DNA of 64,000 nucleotides from a virus. Made by a program: the position numbers and the translations under genes. This document shows positions 50,301-58,920 of the stretch, piece by piece. The notes beneath the pieces were generated by a model. The model worked only from the letters and a program-made list of their open reading frames with translations, had not been told where the DNA came from and searched no databases. How positions within the stretch are numbered: position 1 is the stretch's first letter; every line of letters begins with the position of its first letter. The DNA lies in the IMG/VR virus record IMGVR_UViG_3300008267_000019, positions 1-64,000 of that record, one strand, 5' to 3'.

Positions 50301-51753
50301 TTTTGCTAGTACTTTTTTTGGTAATTTATCTACAGGAGGGCCTATATATACAATGCCTTCTGCATTTACTAGACAATATTTTCAAAATAATCCTAGTGCT
50401 ACAAAGACTATAACTATGTCAGATATAGAAGGAGCACCTGATAAATTAGAAAATAGTTTTAAACTAAATAAAGAAGCTACTAAAAATAACTTTGTAGATA
50501 TTATAGATCCTGCTACTGGAGATCTTACACAAACACAAACTAAATTTATTAGCATCTATGCCCCTAAAGAAGTAAACAAATATGTTTTATATGAATTTGA
50601 TGAAGTAGCTAGAGAATATAAGAAAATACCTGTACTATCTGATAAATACGACTTTGTAGCTTATAACTCAGAAAGAAGATTCTCTACACCTATAGAAAGT
50701 GGAGAAATAGTTACTACTACTCCTCCGCAATTAAACTTACCAGGATACGGCATTAACAGTATACCTGTAGAGCCTAGTAAAGAGTTTAACATTAATGTCG
50801 TAAATAATACTGCTAAACCTGCTACAGGAAATAGTTTAGCTATTTCTAAAGATTTATCAGGTACTAAAGAAGCTGTAGATGATTTATTTAATGTCTTAGA
50901 AACTGCGCCAGGTATATCTAAACTTAATGCACAATTGATGGTGTTATTAAGAACTTTAGAACTTCCTAAAGGATTTAAAGTTGAGTACGCAAAGAAAGGT
51001 AAAACAATTAAAGGAGGTTATAATTATAAAACAAATACCTTAACAATAAATACAGATATTTTTAACGAGTTATCTACTGATGAAATAGCTACTACTATAA
51101 ATCATGAATTAATTCATGCAGTTACAGGAAAAGCTATTAAACTTTATGAAGCAGGAAAATTTGATGAACTTACTGATAAACAAATTGAAGTTATTCAAAG
51201 ATTACAAGAAGTTCAAAAACAATATATTGATTATTTAATAAGCACTGAAGGAACAAAAGGAATAGAAACTTTTGCTAAAGCTTATGCAGAATTTAAAGAG
51301 TTAGGTAAAAAAGGAAATTGGACAGATGAGGAGCTTAGTAAGTACTATGGTGCTATAAAACTTTCTGAGTTTGTAACAATGGCTCTTACAGATTCTAAAT
51401 TCCAAGAGCACTTAAATCAAATACCTGGAGATAATAATAGAACTCTTTGGGAGCAAATTAAAGATTTACTTGCTAGTTTAGTTAATGCATTAGGATTAGA
51501 TATTAAACCAGGTTCTGCTCTTGTAGTAGCAATAAAAGATTCTTTAGATTTAATTAATGTAAATCAAGAAATTTTTAAAGATCAGAAAGTTACTAATCAA
51601 CCTACTCAACCATCTATTCAAACTAATGAAAATATGTCTTTAGAAGATTGGGAAAATTATAGTAGTATTAATGATCTATTTGACGAATCTATTACAGAAT
51701 CATTGATTAGTAGGGATAAATACGAAAACTATTTGTTAATTTGTGGAAAATAA
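47314..51753 (+). CDS. C-terminal (catalytic, beta'-like) half of the virion RNA polymerase with a C-terminal zincin-like metallopeptidase domain
   Basis: GFRIPTQ...S, GSDFDVDKL (48115-48141, DxDxD Mg-binding loop), VDNEK; HELIH at 51103-51117 with downstream EFV. Confidence 0.88.
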   Translation: MACQYFVNGNWVTEEQFKEILNNGLLDNLIADNTVKLKNFKIDQSKVLSRETRRVERKTIPAAKLADILAKEIKSRQGYPSNLLSALELTEDGQDFKIPLWASPYAAKFESLLTSLVTNKVIKQKFAGMSGVLGSEEGFRIKQGDAAAGELKNSGIVFTKNFDPEKGLQPLRVDPETGKMLPAQIMLPFKFRDESGKILPLEDFLIKDESGKFILDTSKFPQKLLNLFGFRIPTQERNSMAAVEIVGFLPEASGDLILAPRDFTKQMGSDFDVDKLYTYMYNHFYDRNTGKIYTNFISNKEKLEKLIKIQKETIEDLKAEFKLNKEDRKLIDAYIKEKLEYTSENEEIPSELSQKASEIISKSLSEDLQNKLDAAFDSLSVLNRSYKSSRQNNILDVHLDIMTSNNPEVISSIIALDSFGEFEDLAADISKIRKAQGLISDPVTILSDSYQRKKFINATEGKNGVGAFSLDSTFNATAQGKDLLYVNMSDETYQDIINNNAPGSIAAKLLENNNPVTKFGDTVSMGDLSNEYTLRSQQLIIKAKAEKRELTKKEKQSLKFKSNIIRALQSTSVDNEKAQILDKLNINDNTFDAIRALVQLGFEEKDIVGLITQEIVWEYVSNLKEAGSSLMGYTPNMEQKVYEDLIKKYDKQERYNKLTVAQIEQFSSGSSEKLLENIANKKLQESNKETTTPDYNIEQLALLDKFRYLTEVGKDIKKLQSGINAFSKGLPKSLIEVQSKIKQISNLTTSKVYNADKLLGEINNEGILVNPTTLNGFASYYGTNFADKIFNNYFPYNIQGFKSVTQEVQAHMPQGADISVTRQAELQQEIFNNVKSFLYANSDTNLFGEDPDSERRRLFVDSKDNMSLATILSKLSSQEWFQKNGFLNKLSFDLNKNGKVSRIMFESATGENFDERDIYDGFNYLLSKNFPIKNPSSPDGTFNSIEYTSRMLAQELVAAAYLEGGTQGAAQYLKYIPISYLKSLGFGEYLANSPFDFASTFFGNLSTGGPIYTMPSAFTRQYFQNNPSATKTITMSDIEGAPDKLENSFKLNKEATKNNFVDIIDPATGDLTQTQTKFISIYAPKEVNKYVLYEFDEVAREYKKIPVLSDKYDFVAYNSERRFSTPIESGEIVTTTPPQLNLPGYGINSIPVEPSKEFNINVVNNTAKPATGNSLAISKDLSGTKEAVDDLFNVLETAPGISKLNAQLMVLLRTLELPKGFKVEYAKKGKTIKGGYNYKTNTLTINTDIFNELSTDEIATTINHELIHAVTGKAIKLYEAGKFDELTDKQIEVIQRLQEVQKQYIDYLISTEGTKGIETFAKAYAEFKELGKKGNWTDEELSKYYGAIKLSEFVTMALTDSKFQEHLNQIPGDNNRTLWEQIKDLLASLVNALGLDIKPGSALVVAIKDSLDLINVNQEIFKDQKVTNQPTQPSIQTNENMSLEDWENYSSINDLFDESITESLISRDKYENYLLICGK

Positions 51754-51759
51754 AATACG

Positions 51760-54700
51760 ATGGCAGAAGTCTGTGCAAATAAAAATAGTAAGGAATGGAA
51801 GATGCTAGTTTCTCAAACAGGAGAGACTTTAGCAAATCTTGCATTCATGGCAAATGGTAATCAAATTCCCGATGTTAAGCCTATTACAGAAATTAAAAAA
51901 GAAATAGGTTTTAAACCTTTAGTAGAAAACTTTGCAGGAATAGGTAATAAATTAAGAAAGTACAATCAAAAAAACGGAACGTCACATTATTTTATAAAAG
52001 AAAGAGCTTGGGGTAATACTTTTAGATTAACTCTAAAGTATAACTACTTACCTGTTAATATAGAAAGACAACGTCAAAGAATGGCTGCTAAAGGGGATCC
52101 TTTATATGTTATTAATGACTTTGATCCAAAAGCATTTAGTGATATTTATCCTAATGTACCTACTCCTCAAATTATAACACCTCCTACACAGCCAGGCAAA
52201 CAGTTAGATATATTTTCTGATGACATAGATGAGTTACTTACAGGATCAGAAACTAGAGTAACTGCTGTAGAGCAGAAAAGAAAACAAAAGATTAACACTG
52301 ATATTATAAAACAACGTGAGCAATTAAAAAAAGCAGATACTCCAGAAGAAGTTAGAAGTATATATGCTAAATTAGAAAAACTACAAAAAAGTTTAGACTT
52401 AGCAGAAAAAAGAACTATTTTATCTAGAAATATAGAAAGCTTTGAAGATGTAGAAAAGTTTGGTAAAGTACAATTAAAAGAAATAGAAACTTTACTTAAA
52501 AATCCTGCAATAAGTTATGATGATGTTTATTATGCTCAAAGGATTCTTAATTTATGGACAAAAGCAGGAGATTTTTCTAGTAAATCTAATGAACATATTT
52601 TTTTAGATCCTGAAGAATTTGAATCTTCTGAAGATGTAACATTACCTGATGGTACTGTAGTACCTTCTGTACGTTCTAGATTTAGAGCTTTAGGAGCTAA
52701 GGCAGAAGATTTACAAAGTCAACTTACTACTATTAGAGATCAATACGTTACAGATTTTGTAAATCAATATACTGATGGGGGATTAACTCAAGAAGAAGTT
52801 TTTAAGGCTATGAAAGATGTCCATAAGATGGCAACTTTAACTTTAAATCTATCTCGTCATGATGATGCAATGTTGCAAGCTATATTTCTTTCTGTAGAAT
52901 CTGCTAATATAAAAGCACAGCAAGAAGTAGATGAAGTTTGGAAAAAGCTTGATAGCCTGACCCCAAAATTTTTAAGAAAAGCAGGCGGTAATTTTGAAAT
53001 TTTAAAACAAAAAGATTCTTCTGGTAAAGAAACAGGAAGAATAGTACATAGATTTTCTGCAGACTTTTTTGACATTAGAAATAATCTAATGATGGAAGCT
53101 TTTTATAAAAAAGATCTTAACACAGGAGATTACAAAAAAAATCCTGCAGGAATAAAAAGCTACTATGATTGGATTAATAAAAATACTATTTCATTTGATC
53201 CAAGAATGTTATTTGAAGATAGCCTTCTTGAAGATGGTTCTATGCCTGAAGAGTTTTTATACAATAGAGTTAAATTTGATGAAGCTCAAAAGCAGGCTCA
53301 TATTGCAGAATTAAAAGCACAGTTAGGCGAAAAAGGTTATAATTATTATCTCCAACAAATGGAGAAAAGAATTGAGAAATTTAAAGTTCGTAGAGAAGCT
53401 ATATATGAAAGCATGCAATCAGAACCTGAATTATCTCAAGTAGAAAAAGATGCTTTATTTGAAAACTGGCTAAAAGAATATTCTCCTTATTGGGGAGTTG
53501 ACATGGTAGAAAATCCTGCTCAAAGAGAAAAAGGCACTAGTACAGAAGGAAAAAAAGAATACTATTCTCCAAAAGGTTTAAGAGAATATGTAGAACAAGT
53601 TCCTAGAAAATTTGTAGATGGTAAAGAAACAGGATGGTACGATAAAAACTTTCAAAAAATAGAAGCAGATGAAGATCTATTAGCTTATCATACTTTTCTT
53701 AATGAAACTCTTAATACATTAAAATATACTTTACCTGATAATAAACAAGCAATACTAGGAGAAGGTGTATTACCTACTGTCCAAAAATCTTTAATGGATA
53801 TTTTTAAAGAAAAAGGATTAATGATGGGTGTTGTTCCTTTTTGGGACAAAATGAAAGAATTACAGACCACTACTGATTTATCTACTACAGTAACTACTGA
53901 TGTAGATGATTTAACAGGAGATAGAGAAAAAAATATTCAAATACAATTTTTAGAAGACCCTACTAATAAAATAAAAAATCTAGTTAGAGAGATGGCTATA
54001 CGCCATAAACAGGAAACAGGAAAACCTGCTACTGCTGCAGACATGGCTAGATTTAAAAGAGAAGCACAAGATACTTTATCTAAACAAAAAAGTTGGGACG
54101 TTACTAAAGTACTTAAAGCATGGTCTTTAACAGTATTAGCACACAAACATAAATCTTTTATAGAGCCTCAGATTAGATTAGCAGATCAAGCTTTTAAATC
54201 TAGAAAAGAAATAGTAACTAATAAAGCAGGATTACCCCAAGAAAAAGATGGTCAACCTTTAAATGAAACAGGTTTAAATAACTTACAGTCCGCATTAGAT
54301 TACTATTTAGATGTAGACATGTGGGGTATAGGCGGAAGAAAAGTAGAAGGTGTTACTAAAACTAAATTATATACTAAAGAAGAGCAAAAAAGAAAAAAAG
54401 AATTGGAAGCTTTATTAGTTTCTGAAGAAGATGAAGAAAACAAACAGTTTATTCAAAATCAAATTGATGCTTTAGGAGGATTTAGAACAGGTAGTGGTGT
54501 AGTAGATACAGTGCTTAAATATCAAACCTTAAAAGGACTAGGGTGGAACTTATTTTCTGCAGCATCTAATATTGGATTTGGAGCAATTTCTAATATAATA
54601 GAAGGAGCTGACGGTAGAAATTATTCTACAAAAGATTTGCGTAAAGCAATGTTACTTACTACTAATTCTATAGGAAGAAATCTATTTTTTAATACTTGGG

Positions 54701-55884
54701 AAGGTGTAAATTCTAATGCTGTTAAAATTAGAACATTAATGGATAAATGGGATTTAATGAAGACTTCTAATAATGAAACCTTCAATACTTCTCAAAAATC
54801 TTCAATGTCTAAATTAAAAAGATTTGGACCATTTACTTTGCAAGAAAGATCGGAGTACTTAAACCAGGCTCCTATTATGATAGCAGTAATGATGTCAACA
54901 AATGAAGACGGTTCTCCAAGATTTCCTGCAAAAGATGCAGAAGGAAATACTGTTACTATTTGGGATGCTTATGATGTTAGAACAGGTAGTTTAAAACCTG
55001 GATTTACAACTGATGTAGATGAAGTAAAAATGATTCAAAAAATAAAAAGAATCATTGAAATGAATCACGGTGATTACGCTAATCCTCTACAAATAAAATC
55101 TACTGCATTAGGAAGAGCAGCATCCCAGTTTAGAACTTGGATGTTTGAAGGATTTGCTAGCCGTTTTGAATCAGAAAAAGTAGACTATGCTTTATCCTAT
55201 GGTTTAGATGAACCTTATATACGCAAAGGTCGTTACCGTAGTTATAGTAAAGGACAATTAGTTACTGCAGGAGCAACTTTAGGCACAACATTTTTACCAG
55301 GTATTGGTACTGCAATAGGTGCAGGAGCTGGTTATCTGGCAGGTAAATTTTTTGGAATGCAGACTAATGAATCTGTTATAGGAGATACATTGTTTACATT
55401 AAAACAATTATTAAGAAAATTAATTTTTAAACCTACACAATTCCAAGATAAATTTAATGCTACAGATGCTGCTAATATGCGTAAAAATATGACAGAGTTA
55501 TATGTGTTATTAACATTAGCAGGTGTAGGACTATTACTATCAGGTCTTGCAGGAGATGATGATGACGAGGATGAAGCAATGGTAACTAATTTCTTGCTTA
55601 ATCAAACTATTAGACTCCGTACTGATGTAGGATTTTATACTAATCCTTTAGAATTTGAAAAACTTACTAAAACAGCTATTCCAATGGCAAGTTTAGTAGA
55701 AGAAGTAGCTACACTATTTGCCGATATAGGAAATTATTTTGGAGAAGATTCTAAAGAAAAGTCAATTTTTGAATCAGGACCGTTTAAAGGAAGACCTAAA
55801 TTTTTAATACATGCAGGGCAATTATTACCAGGAACTGCACAAGGTATTAGATTATACAAAAGTGGAACTAAAGTACTAGATTAA
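51760..55884 (+). CDS. Large ejected cargo protein, last of the RNAP cluster, with C-terminal membrane-like segments
   Basis: 1374 aa, helical; HGDY...GR...QFRTW motif; Gly-zipper and hydrophobic helices near the C-terminus. Confidence 0.65.
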   Translation: MAEVCANKNSKEWKMLVSQTGETLANLAFMANGNQIPDVKPITEIKKEIGFKPLVENFAGIGNKLRKYNQKNGTSHYFIKERAWGNTFRLTLKYNYLPVNIERQRQRMAAKGDPLYVINDFDPKAFSDIYPNVPTPQIITPPTQPGKQLDIFSDDIDELLTGSETRVTAVEQKRKQKINTDIIKQREQLKKADTPEEVRSIYAKLEKLQKSLDLAEKRTILSRNIESFEDVEKFGKVQLKEIETLLKNPAISYDDVYYAQRILNLWTKAGDFSSKSNEHIFLDPEEFESSEDVTLPDGTVVPSVRSRFRALGAKAEDLQSQLTTIRDQYVTDFVNQYTDGGLTQEEVFKAMKDVHKMATLTLNLSRHDDAMLQAIFLSVESANIKAQQEVDEVWKKLDSLTPKFLRKAGGNFEILKQKDSSGKETGRIVHRFSADFFDIRNNLMMEAFYKKDLNTGDYKKNPAGIKSYYDWINKNTISFDPRMLFEDSLLEDGSMPEEFLYNRVKFDEAQKQAHIAELKAQLGEKGYNYYLQQMEKRIEKFKVRREAIYESMQSEPELSQVEKDALFENWLKEYSPYWGVDMVENPAQREKGTSTEGKKEYYSPKGLREYVEQVPRKFVDGKETGWYDKNFQKIEADEDLLAYHTFLNETLNTLKYTLPDNKQAILGEGVLPTVQKSLMDIFKEKGLMMGVVPFWDKMKELQTTTDLSTTVTTDVDDLTGDREKNIQIQFLEDPTNKIKNLVREMAIRHKQETGKPATAADMARFKREAQDTLSKQKSWDVTKVLKAWSLTVLAHKHKSFIEPQIRLADQAFKSRKEIVTNKAGLPQEKDGQPLNETGLNNLQSALDYYLDVDMWGIGGRKVEGVTKTKLYTKEEQKRKKELEALLVSEEDEENKQFIQNQIDALGGFRTGSGVVDTVLKYQTLKGLGWNLFSAASNIGFGAISNIIEGADGRNYSTKDLRKAMLLTTNSIGRNLFFNTWEGVNSNAVKIRTLMDKWDLMKTSNNETFNTSQKSSMSKLKRFGPFTLQERSEYLNQAPIMIAVMMSTNEDGSPRFPAKDAEGNTVTIWDAYDVRTGSLKPGFTTDVDEVKMIQKIKRIIEMNHGDYANPLQIKSTALGRAASQFRTWMFEGFASRFESEKVDYALSYGLDEPYIRKGRYRSYSKGQLVTAGATLGTTFLPGIGTAIGAGAGYLAGKFFGMQTNESVIGDTLFTLKQLLRKLIFKPTQFQDKFNATDAANMRKNMTELYVLLTLAGVGLLLSGLAGDDDDEDEAMVTNFLLNQTIRLRTDVGFYTNPLEFEKLTKTAIPMASLVEEVATLFADIGNYFGEDSKEKSIFESGPFKGRPKFLIHAGQLLPGTAQGIRLYKSGTKVLD

Positions 55885-55911
55885 AAAGAGCAGTATTAAT
55901 TACTGCTCTTT
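55885..55911. terminator. Bidirectional terminator hairpin at the convergence of the two transcription units
   Basis: Perfect 11-bp inverted repeat AAAGAGCAGTA-ttaat-TACTGCTCTTT between convergent stop codons. Confidence 0.8.
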
Positions 55912-56136
55912 ATGTAATCTTTCAAAAAGTTTTTCTGCACAATCTACAGCAAGATCGGCTAAAACATCAGTACGATGTTTAACATATTCAGGATTACTAA
56001 GCATTCCTTGCAAAGCTAACATAGCACAATATTCAAACTTATTTAAGCCCATAAATCCTTCTAAATGATTAGGATTTTCTGTTACTACGCCTTTATCATC
56101 AACTATTGGATGTATCGGCAATTCTTTTTGTTTCAT
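55900..56136 (-). CDS. Small conserved phage hypothetical protein
   Basis: GL.K.EY.A..ALQG.L.NP...AV..A..L pattern familiar from small phage ORFs. Confidence 0.7.
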   Translation of the reverse strand: MKQKELPIHPIVDDKGVVTENPNHLEGFMGLNKFEYCAMLALQGMLSNPEYVKHRTDVLADLAVDCAEKLFERLHKEQ

Positions 56137-56494
56137 GGTATTGTTCTAATTCTTCGTCTGTTAACTCTTTTAACACACATCTGGAAAGATCTATCCCTGA
56201 GCGAGTTAAATTAGTTATCAAATGTAGAATTTTTCCATCAGATTTTGCTATTTGTTCTCCAATAAATTCTATGCCCATCATAGTATTAGCAGCATTAATT
56301 TCATCAGTTTGCCAAATTAAATCCCTGTTCTTGCTATTTTTTAAATTTAACGCATTAATAGCTTCTCTAACTTTTTGTTTTATATTACCTTGATCATACA
56401 CAGTTCCTTCAAGTTCTAGTTGACAATTTAATACAACCTGCATAGCAGATAAAAGAATAATATATGTTATTGCTTCTTCACTAGGTTCTTCCAT
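56099..56494 (-). CDS. Hypothetical protein
   Basis: 131 aa in a tightly packed minus-strand operon. Confidence 0.6.
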   Translation of the reverse strand: MEEPSEEAITYIILLSAMQVVLNCQLELEGTVYDQGNIKQKVREAINALNLKNSKNRDLIWQTDEINAANTMMGIEFIGEQIAKSDGKILHLITNLTRSGIDLSRCVLKELTDEELEQYHETKRIADTSNS

Positions 56495-56496
56495 AT

Positions 56497-56688
56497 TTAA
56501 ATTTTATTTTGTCTTTTATAATCCATAAAAAATCCTATAGCTACTATAATGTTCATACCAATAGAAGCTATTATTTCATATATATCGTCGTATACGTTTA
56601 CACTAAGATGTATATGTCCTACCATCCAAAATGGAATAGCAAGATTCTGAGAAATCCATATTATTAAAAATACTAGGAAGTTTCTCAT
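56497..56688 (-). CDS. Small membrane protein
   Basis: 63 aa with two hydrophobic segments. Confidence 0.6.
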   Translation of the reverse strand: MRNFLVFLIIWISQNLAIPFWMVGHIHLSVNVYDDIYEIIASIGMNIIVAIGFFMDYKRQNKI

Positions 56689-57137
56689 AGATCAGGTTCT
56701 TGAAACCTATGTGATTTTAATACTTTATTGTCAGACAAACGGTAAGTTATAAAATAGTCTCCTACTTTTTTAGAATATGTTTGTATATTTCGGTCTAAAT
56801 ACTTTTTATAAGTAATAGTTGCATCTTCTTCAGAGACATCTGCTTTTGACATATTAGACTCATAAATTTTAGAAATAACCTCATGCGGATCTATACCAAA
56901 TTCCATCATAGCTCTAATAGTAACCCATAGTAAATCGCCTAAACCATCTTTAGTAGCTTTAAAGTCTTTATATCCTACTGCTTCTGCAGTTTCTAAAAAC
57001 TCTTCGTCAATAAGATCTAATGCTAATTTAGCCCTAGATACTTCAGGAAATTGCTCTTCTGTTAATACAGGCAATCCAAAAGTCTCACTCCAATGTTTGA
57101 TCATTTCTACGATACCTTTTTCTGAATTTTTTTTCAT
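56685..57137 (-). CDS. MazG-like / all-alpha NTP pyrophosphohydrolase
   Basis: LIDEEFLE...DGLGDLLWV...SNMSK...KVLK motifs. Confidence 0.85.
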   Translation of the reverse strand: MKKNSEKGIVEMIKHWSETFGLPVLTEEQFPEVSRAKLALDLIDEEFLETAEAVGYKDFKATKDGLGDLLWVTIRAMMEFGIDPHEVISKIYESNMSKADVSEEDATITYKKYLDRNIQTYSKKVGDYFITYRLSDNKVLKSHRFQEPDL

Positions 57138-57432
57138 AATTTAAATAAAATTGTTTTTCATAATAATCTAAATCTTCCCAATTGTATACAGGAGTAGTTA
57201 ACATTTCTTCTTCTGTAAAATAACTAGAATCTTTATGCCCTAAGCAAGTTCTTTTTTTACTAGCTAATATTAAATATTGATCTATGACTTTAAATACTTT
57301 AGGAACTCCTACATTAAAAATATTAGCTATTTCTGCTGCAGATTTCCCATCTTCTATACATTTCCCTACAAATTTAATTTCTTCAGCAGAAAAATATGTA
57401 AACTTACCAGGAGAGTATTGCTTCTTTTCCAT
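57085..57432 (-). CDS. Helix-turn-helix protein
   Basis: GKSAAEIANIFNVGVPKV HTH pattern. Confidence 0.65.
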   Translation of the reverse strand: MEKKQYSPGKFTYFSAEEIKFVGKCIEDGKSAAEIANIFNVGVPKVFKVIDQYLILASKKRTCLGHKDSSYFTEEEMLTTPVYNWEDLDYYEKQFYLNYEKKFRKRYRRNDQTLE

Positions 57433-58087
57433 ATAAACTTTCTAATAATTTATCTACTTGTTTAAAATTAGGACACTGCCATTGTCTAAATGCTTTATTA
57501 GCTACCATAGGATGTTCCCAAGAAAATACATGATGATTAATAGAGAGTATCTCTGCATATTTATTAGCTTCTTTACCCCATAATAAAAATATAGTACCTG
57601 GTTTGTATTTTTCTATAACATATAATATACTACCAAAGAATTTTTTAAACTTTTCACGATGAGATTTAGGAGTATCTTTTCTTGCAACTAAGCTTCTGTT
57701 AAGCATTAGTATTCCTTGTTCTGCCCATCTTTCAAAAGTATTATCAAAGTCTAATCCTAAGTCATTATTATAGTCACTAACGCAGCGTCTTATAGCTTCA
57801 GCTGAAGAATTAGTATAGATAGAAGAAGTATCAGAAAATGCTAAAGGACCAAACCCTGTATACATTCCAGGTTCAGTAGATATTATTACTATTTTTAATT
57901 TATCCCAAGGACATAATTTAAAAGCTTTAAATACATCTTGTAATCTTTCAGGATACATATCAGATAATGCATAGTCTATATTTAAACTATTCATTAATTC
58001 TCCCATATAATCACTTTTTAATAAAGGCTTTAAAACTTCTGTCCAGCTTTCTCCTAATTGGTCAGTCCAATATTTTTTTGTCCTCAT
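57404..58087 (-). CDS. ung: Family-1 uracil-DNA glycosylase homologue with divergent active-site motifs
   Basis: W...L, YP...VFKAF.LCP...LKIVII, LAFS, WAEQGILMLN, FLLWGKEA and HP motifs. The start is probably the ATG at 58087 rather than 58132. Confidence 0.82.
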   Translation of the reverse strand: MRTKKYWTDQLGESWTEVLKPLLKSDYMGELMNSLNIDYALSDMYPERLQDVFKAFKLCPWDKLKIVIISTEPGMYTGFGPLAFSDTSSIYTNSSAEAIRRCVSDYNNDLGLDFDNTFERWAEQGILMLNRSLVARKDTPKSHREKFKKFFGSILYVIEKYKPGTIFLLWGKEANKYAEILSINHHVFSWEHPMVANKAFRQWQCPNFKQVDKLLESLYGKEAILSW

Positions 58088-58259
58088 TTTTTTTATTTTC
58101 TTCTTTCCAAAAATGATTACAAATTGCTTCATTTTTGTTCATTACATAAGGAGGTTCCATAAAATAAGCTTGTCTAAATTCATCAGGAGTAGCCGTAAAT
58201 CTATAGCAAGAAAATCTTAAAGGACATTTATGTCCATCACACATTGTTATATCTGGCAT
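58062..58259 (-). CDS. Small Cys-rich hypothetical protein
   Basis: MPDITMC...CP....CYRF...QAYF...C..FW; probable metal-binding protein. Confidence 0.7.
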   Translation of the reverse strand: MPDITMCDGHKCPLRFSCYRFTATPDEFRQAYFMEPPYVMNKNEAICNHFWKEENKKNEDKKILD

Positions 58260-58273
58260 ATCGTAAAAATTAA

Positions 58274-58297
58274 GGAGGAGTTAATTAAAACTCCTCC
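58274..58297 (-). terminator. Hairpin overlapping the stop of 58285..58920
   Basis: GGAGGAGTT-6 nt-AACTCCTCC, followed on the minus strand by TTAATTTTT. Confidence 0.6.
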
Positions 58298-58920
58298 GAT
58301 GGTATTAAATTAATTTTAGTAGGCAAAGATATTAATGTTTCTTTACTTAATGTCTCCTTATCTAGTTCTAATATTGGCCAAACTTCCTGATCATATAAAA
58401 ACCCAGGAGAATAATAAGTTTCAGTTTTTAAGCTTAACCTTTCTTCCCAACTAATTTTTAATGCTTCAGCTTTATTTAATATTAAAGGCAAAGTATAAGG
58501 CTTACCGCTAAAGAAATGATTGCTTAGAATTAGTTTTTTAGCCTTTGCAGTAATCTTAGAATATGCGCCTATCATAATAAATTTAAAATCTATGATGTTA
58601 TACTTAGGAATTTTCATTACAAAGATTAAGCATTCTCCTATACTATAATCATCTACATAATTTTCAAATGCAGTTATTGTAGAATAAAAAGAATCAAAAT
58701 CTTTGTCTCGATAATCTCTTACAGTAATAAACACATATTTATTATCTTCATCACTTTGATATTTAATAATATTAGCATCTTGCAAATAAGCATTTAAGAA
58801 TCTATTAGTATATTTTACCCTGCCAAACATGTCAGTAATATTGCAGGTAAATAAATCTTTAGGAACTTCTAATAACGGAAAAATAAAAGTTGCTGTTTTT
58901 GTGAATTTCATACTACTCAT
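58285..58920 (-). CDS. Conserved hypothetical protein downstream of the PD-(D/E)XK nuclease
   Basis: TK...FIFP, FLNAYL and GAYSKI motifs; ATGA overlap with the upstream gene. Confidence 0.65.
   Translation of the reverse strand: MSSMKFTKTATFIFPLLEVPKDLFTCNITDMFGRVKYTNRFLNAYLQDANIIKYQSDEDNKYVFITVRDYRDKDFDSFYSTITAFENYVDDYSIGECLIFVMKIPKYNIIDFKFIMIGAYSKITAKAKKLILSNHFFSGKPYTLPLILNKAEALKISWEERLSLKTETYYSPGFLYDQEVWPILELDKETLSKETLISLPTKINLIPSEEF

Noticed and set aside
1003-54146. Numerous 60-180 aa minus-strand ORFs inside the structural genes (e.g. 17978..18526, 45983..46393)
   Set aside because: They are antisense shadows of long + strand genes, with S/L/F-rich composition and no motifs.
58088-58132. 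Extended N-terminus of the UDG ORF as given in the ORF track
   Set aside because: It overlaps deeply with the upstream Cys-rich gene. The ATG at 58087, preceded by an A-rich leader, is the more plausible start.
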